From NCBI GenBank assembly GCA_903901225.1, contig CAIUQE010000010.1, positions 17,911 to 81,910 on the forward strand: a stretch of DNA of 64,000 bases, in the 5' to 3' direction. The first letter of the stretch is position 1. Every line of letters starts with the position of its first letter. This DNA is from Candidatus Omnitrophota bacterium. GTDB lineage: Bacteria > Omnitrophota > Gorgyraeia > Zapsychrales > Fredricksoniimonadaceae. This document shows positions 11,331 to 18,877 of the stretch, piece by piece. The notes under the pieces were generated by a model. It saw nothing but the letters and a program-made list of their open reading frames with translations, was not told the origin of the DNA and did no database searches. A program made the position numbers and the translations under genes.

Positions 11331-12221
11331 ATGCTCGACGAGAAAATATTTTTTTCGCAGGTCATCCAGGGGCACCTCACGGCGGTCCTGGATGAGGAAA
11401 AAGCCGTCTGCCAGCTTGGCGGCGTGAAGGGCAATGTGGAGGCCCTGCACCGCATGCGGGTGGCCCTGCGGCGGCTGAAAAGCGTCCTGTCCGACCTGCG
11501 CGATGTCATGCCCCGGCGCCAGTTGGAAATTCCCATCGAGGGGGTTAAAGCCCTGCTGGGCATCCTGGGCCACGCCCGTGACATGGATACCAAGATCGAG
11601 TTCCTGGGAGCTTTGGCCACCAATCCCCGCGCCAAGGCTTACGCGGCGGGCATCCGCGATATCATCGACGAGTTATCCGAGGACAGGGCCGAGGTCCAGC
11701 CGAAGATCCACAAGGCTTTTGTCCGCGCCCGCCGGGAAAAAGTTTTCCGCGCCATCGAGCGGCTTCATCCCGACCTTGAGACCGCGGAGATCACCCTGGA
11801 CGAATGGGCCAAGAACCGTGTCACGGTCAGGCTGGAGAAAATGATGCGCTGGGAACCCTACGTGAAAAAGCCGCGCCGGGAGCGGGAGCTCCACCAGATG
11901 CGCATCGCGGCCAAGAATTTGCGTTATTGCCTCGAGAACATCGAGCCGCTTTACGGCAGGTCCCTTGCCCCGTACGTGAAGGCGGCGGCGGACGTGCAGG
12001 CGGCCCTGGGGCTTGTCCACAGTTACGACGTGTGGCTTGGCCTTTTGGGGATCCTGCGCGCGAGCGCGGGGCGCAGCAACCGTTTTTCCGAGGCGCTGCG
12101 GTTCCTCCGCCGGGAGTGCGAAACGGCGCGGGCCCAGGCGCATGTCGATTTTGTCGAATTGTGGCAGGCCCAGAAACGCGCCAGGTTGTGGGCCAAACTG
12201 GACCGGTTCGCCGAATCGTGA
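11331..12221 (+). CDS. CHAD domain protein (polyP-binding)
   Basis: EALHRMRVALRRL, LGHARDMD, LHQMRIAAKNLRY, QAALGLVHSYDVW; next to ppk1. Confidence 0.88.
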   Translation: MLDEKIFFSQVIQGHLTAVLDEEKAVCQLGGVKGNVEALHRMRVALRRLKSVLSDLRDVMPRRQLEIPIEGVKALLGILGHARDMDTKIEFLGALATNPRAKAYAAGIRDIIDELSEDRAEVQPKIHKAFVRARREKVFRAIERLHPDLETAEITLDEWAKNRVTVRLEKMMRWEPYVKKPRRERELHQMRIAAKNLRYCLENIEPLYGRSLAPYVKAAADVQAALGLVHSYDVWLGLLGILRASAGRSNRFSEALRFLRRECETARAQAHVDFVELWQAQKRARLWAKLDRFAES

Positions 12222-13528
12222 AGATCCTCCTGCTGGCTGATATCCATGGCAACCTGCCCGCCTTGCAGGCGGTCCTGGACACCCCGGCCGCGGCGGCGTG
12301 CGCCGAGGCGTGGTGTTTGGGTGACATCGTCGGGTACGGACCTTTTCCAAACGAGTGCGCGGAGCTAGTTGCGCGGAAAATGTCCCGCGTCATCCTGGGC
12401 AACCACGACGTGAAGGTCCTGTCCGCGAAGAAGGTCTCCCGGCATAAGGAGGCGTATAAGACATTTATTTTCGCGTGGACGCGCCGCGTGCTTTCACCCG
12501 CAACCGTGAAATACCTCACGTCATTGCCGGGGGAGTCGCGCCTTAAGCTGGCCGGGCACCGGGTCGTGCTGCTGCACGGCAGTCCTGTGGGCATGGATGA
12601 CGGCTTGTCCATCCATACGCCGGATGAGCGTCTTGCGGCGCTGGCCGTCAAGGCGAGGGCGGACGTTATTCTTGTCGGGCACACGCATGACGCTTTTGTC
12701 CGCCGGGCGGGAGAAAATTATTTTATCAATCCCGGTTCGGTCGGCCGGCCTTTTGACGGGGACGGCGGGGCGTCGTTCGCGGTGCTTGAGATCGGCGCGC
12801 GGGGTGTGCGCGCCACCAGGCACCGGGTGGCGTATGATAACGCGGGTGTTGTCGCGGAAATGAAGCGCCAGGATTTTCCGGATATCCTTGTCAGGGCGTT
12901 CGCGGCCTCGCGCAGCCCCGCGGATACCCTGCCTGAGGGTGTTCGGGGCGATCTTATGGAGGAGGCGCAGAAATTCGGCGCGCGCGCGCGTTATGAAAAG
13001 CCGCACGCGCTGCATGTGGCGCGCCTGGCACTGGAGCTTTTTGACGGGCTGCTTCCCTTGCATGGCTACGCGCCCGGCGGCCGCGAGCGGGCCTTGCTTC
13101 AAGTGGGAGCCTTGTTGCATGATGTTGGCCTTGTGCGTGGCGAGGACGGGCACCATAAATCGTCGCGCGACATGATCCTTGAGGACAGGCTTCTGCCGCT
13201 GTCGGACAGAGAGCGCGTGGTGGCTGCCCTGGTCGCGCGTTATCACCGCAAGGCCTTGCCGAAGGATGAGCACAAACATTTCGCCTTTTTGCCTGACCAT
13301 CATAAAGTGATGGTGGAACGCCTGGGCGCTTTCGCACGACTGGCCGACGCGCTGGACCGTTCGCACCGGGGCATGGTCAGGGGGCTTGAGACCAGGATCG
13401 GCAAAAACGCGGTGACGGTGGTGTTGCGCGCGACGGGACCCGTTGACGCCGAACTGGAATGCGGCAGGATCAAAAGCGATCTTTTTGAACGGGCGTATGG
13501 TAAAAAACTTGACCTTGTCAAAGGATGA
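12218..13528 (+). CDS. Metallophosphoesterase fused to Ppx-type HD domain
   Basis: GTG start overlapping CHAD stop; DIHGN, GDIVGYG, GNHD, GHTH, NPGSVG, then LLHDVG, HHKSS, ARYHRK, LADALD. Confidence 0.85.
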   Translation: MKILLLADIHGNLPALQAVLDTPAAAACAEAWCLGDIVGYGPFPNECAELVARKMSRVILGNHDVKVLSAKKVSRHKEAYKTFIFAWTRRVLSPATVKYLTSLPGESRLKLAGHRVVLLHGSPVGMDDGLSIHTPDERLAALAVKARADVILVGHTHDAFVRRAGENYFINPGSVGRPFDGDGGASFAVLEIGARGVRATRHRVAYDNAGVVAEMKRQDFPDILVRAFAASRSPADTLPEGVRGDLMEEAQKFGARARYEKPHALHVARLALELFDGLLPLHGYAPGGRERALLQVGALLHDVGLVRGEDGHHKSSRDMILEDRLLPLSDRERVVAALVARYHRKALPKDEHKHFAFLPDHHKVMVERLGAFARLADALDRSHRGMVRGLETRIGKNAVTVVLRATGPVDAELECGRIKSDLFERAYGKKLDLVKG

Positions 13529-13532
13529 AATC

Positions 13533-14858
13533 ATGCAGAGCGCTGAAAAATATTTTATCGGTATCGATGTCGGCGGGACCAAGGTTTACGGCGGGCTGGT
13601 GACGCCGGCGGGTGCCGTGGCCGCCCAGCACAAGGAAGCGACGCCGCCCAAGGCGGGGCCCAAAGAGGTCTTGGAGGTGATCGAGAAACTTGTTCGTGAA
13701 CTTTTAAAGGCCGGCGGCGTGCCGTTCAAGTCCGTGATAGGGCTGGGTGTCGCGGTGCCGGGGATCGTGGATAACACGGGGCGGGTGGTGGTGACGCCCA
13801 ACATCGGTTTGAGCGGCATGGACCTCAAAAAGGTCCTGGAGAAGAAATACAAGGTCCGCGTGGTGGTCGGTAACGACGTCAATTTTGGCGTCATGGGTGA
13901 GAAATGGCTGGGCGCCGGACGCAAGGCCCAGAATATCATTGGGATCTTTCCGGGCACGGGTGTGGGGGGCGGGGTGATCGTCAAGGGCGATTTTGTGACC
14001 GGACACCAGGGCGCGGCTGCCGAGTTGGGGCACATGTGCGTTGACCCGAAGGGGCCGCTGTGCACGTGCGGCAACGCGGGCTGCCTTGAAGCTGTGGTCG
14101 GCCGTTGGGCCATCGAGCGCGACATTCGCGCGGCGGTCAGGAAGGGCGAAAAATCCATCATCACGGACCTTTCCGGCCAGAAATTCACGCAGATCAAGAG
14201 CGGCACCATTGCCAAAGCCCTTAAAGCCAAAGACCCTGTGGTGACGCGCATTGTGGCGCATGCCGCGGAAACCCTGGCGGCGGCCTGCGTGTCGCTCAAT
14301 CATGTGTTCAACACCGAGGTCTTTATTTTTGGCGGCGGGATGATCGAAGCGTGCGGGGATTTTTTCCTGCCGCGTATTGAAAAGGCGCTTAAAAAAGATC
14401 CGTTCTTTAAGGACTTGCAGACCCCTAAAGTGCTTGTTGCCAAGCTGGGGGATGACGCGGGCATGCTCGGCGCTGTGGCGGCGGTGCGCCAGGGCCTTGA
14501 CCTTAAGGCTATCACAGGCGCGTATTACCCCAAGTTGCGCCTGCTGGCTTCGGGGAAAGTGGCTGTCAACGCCACGCTTATTGAAAAGCCTTTTTACGTC
14601 CGTGCCGACGGCAAGCTCAAGGAACCGGATGAATTCGTTCCGCCGCACATCACCAGCGACCTTGTCGAAGAGTTGACCAAAAAGGGGCCGGACGCGCTTT
14701 TCATCGCGGTCGGCAAGAACAAGCGTCTTACGTTCTCTCCCAAAGCCGCCAGGTACCTGAAAAAGAAGAAGATCGCGGCCTATATCCTGCCGCTCGCCAG
14801 GGTGGTGAAGGCCTACAACCTCAGCGAGGAACGCAAGGCGGTGTTCTTCTATCTTTAA
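13533..14858 (+). CDS. ROK family sugar kinase (glucokinase-like) with C-terminal Mth938-like domain
   Basis: GIDVGGTK, GNDVN, GTGVGGG, ELGHM, CTCGNAGCLE; extra ~110 aa C-terminal domain. Confidence 0.85.
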   Translation: MQSAEKYFIGIDVGGTKVYGGLVTPAGAVAAQHKEATPPKAGPKEVLEVIEKLVRELLKAGGVPFKSVIGLGVAVPGIVDNTGRVVVTPNIGLSGMDLKKVLEKKYKVRVVVGNDVNFGVMGEKWLGAGRKAQNIIGIFPGTGVGGGVIVKGDFVTGHQGAAAELGHMCVDPKGPLCTCGNAGCLEAVVGRWAIERDIRAAVRKGEKSIITDLSGQKFTQIKSGTIAKALKAKDPVVTRIVAHAAETLAAACVSLNHVFNTEVFIFGGGMIEACGDFFLPRIEKALKKDPFFKDLQTPKVLVAKLGDDAGMLGAVAAVRQGLDLKAITGAYYPKLRLLASGKVAVNATLIEKPFYVRADGKLKEPDEFVPPHITSDLVEELTKKGPDALFIAVGKNKRLTFSPKAARYLKKKKIAAYILPLARVVKAYNLSEERKAVFFYL

Positions 14859-14865
14859 AATGGAC

Positions 14866-14912
14866 GTATACGTGCACATATACTTGCCATAGTATTCCGG
14901 GTATGCTATATT
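14866..14912 (+). promoter_or_regulatory. vapBC promoter with palindromic operator
   Basis: Near-perfect palindrome GTATACGTGCACATATAC (14866-14883) abutting TTGCCA (14884-14889), 17 nt spacer, TGc-TATATT (14907-14912). Confidence 0.7.
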
Positions 14913-14930
14913 CCATGTCGGAGGTGGGCC

Positions 14931-15161
14931 ATGGCGCAAGTTACGATCTATATTGACGATGATACTCTGAAAAAGATCGAGAGATCAGCCCGTCAGCACA
15001 AAGATTCCATATCATCCTGGGTGAAAAAACGTTTGAGCGGGTCCCTGGCGGGGGATTGGCCTGCCGGGTATTTTGATCTTTTTGGCTCCCTGCGCGATGA
15101 GGGTTTCGCGCGGCCGCAACAGCCGGACCCCAAGGCGGATCGCGGGCGGGCGGGTTTATGA
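14931..15161 (+). CDS. vapB: VapB-like antitoxin (ribbon-helix-helix)
   Basis: MAQVTIYIDDDTLKKIERSAR RHH-like N-terminus; GGAGG SD; ATGA overlap with PIN gene. Confidence 0.75.
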   Translation: MAQVTIYIDDDTLKKIERSARQHKDSISSWVKKRLSGSLAGDWPAGYFDLFGSLRDEGFARPQQPDPKADRGRAGL

Positions 15162-15568
15162 CGTTCTTTCTGGACACGGATATTTGTATTTTTGCGTTGC
15201 GCGGCGATCACGCGCCGTTGCAGGCCGCTTTTCGCGCGCTTAAGCCCGAGCGTATCAAGGTTCCGAGCATTGTGGCGGCAGAACTTTTTCTGGGGGCCTG
15301 TAAATGCCCGAATTCATTGACCGCGGAAAAGGCTGTTGATGCTTTTCTGGAACCGTTCGAAGTGGTACCTTTTGATCGTGGTGCCGCGGAAGTCTACGCG
15401 CAGCTGCGCTCTGAGCTGGAGTCAAAAGGCACCGTCATAGGCCCCAATGATCTTTTGATCGCGGCAACAACGCTCGCGCATCGCGGTACTCTTGTGACGC
15501 ACAACAAGAAAGAATTTTCCCGTGTTCCGGGCCTTCATCTTCAGGATTGGACGCGGCAGGTTGGTTGA
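15158..15568 (+). CDS. vapC: VapC PIN-domain toxin
   Basis: LDTDICI, AEL, IGPNDLLIAA, LVTHNKKEFSRVPGL. Confidence 0.92.
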   Translation: MTFFLDTDICIFALRGDHAPLQAAFRALKPERIKVPSIVAAELFLGACKCPNSLTAEKAVDAFLEPFEVVPFDRGAAEVYAQLRSELESKGTVIGPNDLLIAATTLAHRGTLVTHNKKEFSRVPGLHLQDWTRQVG

Positions 15569-15689
15569 AGGAAATTTTTAGTCTCACCTTGTGGTTTTTC
15601 ATTCCTCAAATAATGTATACTTCACATGGTGGCGTAAATTATAATGCTCTAGAATTGTACTAAATGTCATTGAATGTAATGGAAAGACA

Positions 15690-15718
15690 TTGAAAAGAGA
15701 TCTTGTGTCGGGTATATT
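15690..15718 (+). promoter_or_regulatory. Sigma70-type promoter of the large modular protein
   Basis: TTGAAA (15690-15695), 17 nt, TATATT (15713-15718) in AT-rich intergenic DNA. Confidence 0.5.
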
Positions 15719-15752
15719 TTCGGAATATTTCTACAAACAATATGGGAGAACC

Positions 15753-18700
15753 ATGATGAGTTCACAGCGCACACGTCAGGGATGGGGTTTCAGATTAGTG
15801 GCATTTATCCAGGTGGCTGTATTTATTTCGTCAACGTTCGCGTTGCCCGTCAAGGCCTATGCCCAGAGCGTGATGGAGCTGCCCGCGCCCGGAGCCATGG
15901 TGTCTTTAAGCGAGGCATATGTGCCGGTCATGCTGCGCGCGGTGAAGATCCATCCTGACCAGCCGCTGGTGTTCGATTTTATTGTGGATAGCGGGAATAC
16001 CAGGGCCTCTCAGGCGGAGATCAAAAAGGAAAGCGAGAAACTCGCGAAATATTTCCTGGCGTCGCTCACTATTCCTGAAAAAGATCTGTGGGTCAACCTT
16101 TCTCCTTATGAGCATGACCGTATTGTGCCCGAAGCGTTCGGCCAGACCCAGATGGGGCGCGACCTTCTGGCGCAGGATTATGTGCTCAAGCAGATCTCGG
16201 CATCCCTGATCTATCCTGAAAATGAATTGGGCAAGGAATTCTGGAGCCGTGTTTATGCGCAGGCGCGTGAAAAACTGGGGACGAACGAGATCCCTGCCGG
16301 CACGTTCAATAAAGTGTGGATCATGCCTGACCAGGCCGAGGTGTATGAACTGAATAACACCGCGATCCTTGGCAAGAGCCATTTGAAGGTCATGATGGAT
16401 GAGGACTATGTCGCGCTCAAGGCTAGCGCGGATGATGAGCGGTTCAGCCATACCGTTGGCCAGAATGTGAATGCCGCTAACAAGTTGTCGAGCCAGGTCA
16501 TGCGCCAGATCGTCCTGCCTGAGATTGAGAAAGAAGTGAACACAGGGAAGAACTTTGCGCTGCTGCGCCAGGTCTATCAGGCTTTGATCCTGGCCACATG
16601 GTACAAGAACAACCTTAAGGAAAGTCTGCTGGCGCAGGTGTATTCTGACCAAAACAAGATCGCGGGTGTCGATGCCGCGGACAAAGCGGATAAAGAGAAG
16701 ATCTACGCGCGTTATATCGAGGCGTATAAGCAGGGCGTGTTCAATTACATTAAGGAAGAGACGGACCCCCAGACGCACGAAGCCCTGCCGCGTAAATATT
16801 TTTCAGGTGGAACAGCTTTCAAATATATAGCGGAAAAGGTGAAGACGCGTAAGGTGACGGCGTCGCAACTCCCTCCGGAAGCGAAGCGCGTGGTGGGGGA
16901 TTTCAGCGAGGTTACGGTTGCGGTTGTGAATTCAGATGCTTCGGAGATCAATAAAGGAGCTGTGAATCCTGCATGGGACAAAATGATCGCTGAAAAACGT
17001 ACGCCGACACCTGAAGAAGATGTTACGGCATATGGCAATATCGTTGACGGTTATTGGAAGGGCGAATTAAAAACAACTCCTTATAAATCAATAAATATTC
17101 GTAGTGGTGACGTTAACGACGCGCCGATGATCGATAATATGTCAGATGATGAGGCACTGAGATTGGAGCGTAGAGCGTTGAACTTTTTGAATCAAGGGAA
17201 ATTTGCCGCCAGTCCGCTTATTGCTGGATCAAGCTCGCGCATGAATGTGCGTGAAGCGCCGGAAGATGCCCGGCAGATGGCTGGTGGAAAGGAAATCAAG
17301 TCAAAAGCGGTTGTTCCTGTTGGCATATATGATGGGAAAGTTGTAACGTATCTTGATTATTTCATGAGAGATTTTTCAAGCTTAAAAAGTGCTATTAAAA
17401 AGGCTGCCACTGAGGCAGGTGTTCCGAGTAATGTGGATAACAATGTTGAGTTGTTGTTTTCCAATGATGAATATTTGCCCGAACATGTGCAGTCTATAAG
17501 GGACAATAACGCTTATGGTCTCGGCGAAAATAACATTGAGATCTTTTTGCAGCCGCTGGCGCCGACGATGTTTGCCAGGCCTGCAGACGTTGAGGAGCAA
17601 AAAAAGAATCTTTCGCCAGAAGCCTTTGCGGAAATGATGCGTATCGCTAAGAATGCGGAGAAGGCCTATAACAAGGGAGATCTTAAAGCGCTTATCGTAC
17701 CTGGTGATCGGCAGGCAGGCGGTCATGGTGAATATGATAATCAATTGATTGCAACAGGGAAGCTGGTGGAGTTGTACGACCGAGGCATTGAGGTCATCTC
17801 TGTAAGGAATATCGATAATCTGGGTGGGAGGTTCAACAACCTGTTTTTGAGAACGCTTGGTATGTTCCTTGAAAAGGGACTGGATTTTCAGGCTGAAGTC
17901 ACACGGCGTGCGCCAGGGCAGCGCGGCGGCAACCTCATCGTAAGGACGGACACAGGAAGTAAGGTCTTGATCGAAGATCCGATGTTGAATGCGACAGTGG
18001 ATGCCAATGGTCAGCCTATCGTTACGCCCAGCGCTTCTTATTGGTTGAATAGTGCCGTGGGGCTTCAAACCCTGCACTATGTGATCAGTCTTTTTAAAGA
18101 CCCGCATCAGACCGATGAGTCGTTTATTGAACAATTACGTAACGCAACAACTGAAGAGCGATTGACAATCGCCGCGAAGGGGCGTGCGAGTTCACCGGTA
18201 ATGTTTGATCCAAAACCTTCGAAAGCGCCGGGATTTGAAAAAGCGCTCACAACCAAGGCGGGTGAAACAAATCACTGGCAATTTACTACGGTAGTTCCTG
18301 ATAATATAAAAATGGATGCCGTTGGCGTTAAGGGTATAAGGGATCTGCCTTTGGACAAGTTACTTTCATTGAGCCCGGAAGAGCAGAAAAAAGCTTTGGA
18401 TAAGGTCCGCTTCTTTTCTGCCAAACAATGGGACATGACGCCGGAAAAGCGTGAGGAAGCCCGTAAGGCTTTGGAAGCTGAGAAAGGTCGTCCAGTCTCT
18501 GATCAAGAGCTTAATCCTATCTTAGAAACATACGAAGGGAATAAGCCGTATGTCGCCGCGTTCCTTGATCTTGTATTTAACAGGCCTCCGATAGACAAGA
18601 AGATGTTTGATCCCGCCGAAGATGTTAAAGGCGCGGTGAGCAAGAAAGATAGGTTCCAGCAGGGTGGTATTGACTTCAACCCTGCCAGCCTGAACCTTAA

Positions 18701-18875
18701 GGTCGAGCGCACGGGTAAGGGGATCAGGGTCCAGGTTGATCCGGCGGAGATCCAGCGCATCAAGGCCGAGGGCGTGGCCGGATTCACGCCCGTCATCATC
18801 AATATCGTCCCGGTCAAGAGCATGCTCCCCGCGCTGGGGCTTGCGCCCGCCGAGGTTTCAGGCACCGCGACGTAA
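15753..18875 (+). CDS. Large secreted modular protein: signal peptide, conserved N-module, central UDPGP-family (UTP-sugar-1-phosphate uridylyltransferase-like) domain, GGID C-module
   Basis: GGGAG SD; hydrophobic signal ending AYA-QS; N-module DLWVNLSPYE...MGRDLLAQDYVLKQ...LPRKYFSGG; cargo motifs GGHGE, RNIDNLG, AEVTRR..RGGNL, RFFSAK; C-module GGIDFNP...GFTPVIINIVP. Confidence 0.8.
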   Translation: MMSSQRTRQGWGFRLVAFIQVAVFISSTFALPVKAYAQSVMELPAPGAMVSLSEAYVPVMLRAVKIHPDQPLVFDFIVDSGNTRASQAEIKKESEKLAKYFLASLTIPEKDLWVNLSPYEHDRIVPEAFGQTQMGRDLLAQDYVLKQISASLIYPENELGKEFWSRVYAQAREKLGTNEIPAGTFNKVWIMPDQAEVYELNNTAILGKSHLKVMMDEDYVALKASADDERFSHTVGQNVNAANKLSSQVMRQIVLPEIEKEVNTGKNFALLRQVYQALILATWYKNNLKESLLAQVYSDQNKIAGVDAADKADKEKIYARYIEAYKQGVFNYIKEETDPQTHEALPRKYFSGGTAFKYIAEKVKTRKVTASQLPPEAKRVVGDFSEVTVAVVNSDASEINKGAVNPAWDKMIAEKRTPTPEEDVTAYGNIVDGYWKGELKTTPYKSINIRSGDVNDAPMIDNMSDDEALRLERRALNFLNQGKFAASPLIAGSSSRMNVREAPEDARQMAGGKEIKSKAVVPVGIYDGKVVTYLDYFMRDFSSLKSAIKKAATEAGVPSNVDNNVELLFSNDEYLPEHVQSIRDNNAYGLGENNIEIFLQPLAPTMFARPADVEEQKKNLSPEAFAEMMRIAKNAEKAYNKGDLKALIVPGDRQAGGHGEYDNQLIATGKLVELYDRGIEVISVRNIDNLGGRFNNLFLRTLGMFLEKGLDFQAEVTRRAPGQRGGNLIVRTDTGSKVLIEDPMLNATVDANGQPIVTPSASYWLNSAVGLQTLHYVISLFKDPHQTDESFIEQLRNATTEERLTIAAKGRASSPVMFDPKPSKAPGFEKALTTKAGETNHWQFTTVVPDNIKMDAVGVKGIRDLPLDKLLSLSPEEQKKALDKVRFFSAKQWDMTPEKREEARKALEAEKGRPVSDQELNPILETYEGNKPYVAAFLDLVFNRPPIDKKMFDPAEDVKGAVSKKDRFQQGGIDFNPASLNLKVERTGKGIRVQVDPAEIQRIKAEGVAGFTPVIINIVPVKSMLPALGLAPAEVSGTAT

Positions 18876-18877
18876 GG

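Noticed and set aside
11804-12217. Long N-terminal extension of the metallophosphoesterase ORF
   Set aside because: Overlaps the CHAD gene; a GTG at 12218 coupled to the CHAD stop starts the recognisable domain. The same logic applies to the extensions at 712, 13443, 31308, 39704, 41227, 44797, 56765 and 63532
16944-18608. Low-GC middle of the large gene as an intein or mobile element
   Set aside because: No intein splice motifs, endonuclease or transposase signatures seen; it reads as a nucleotidyltransferase domain
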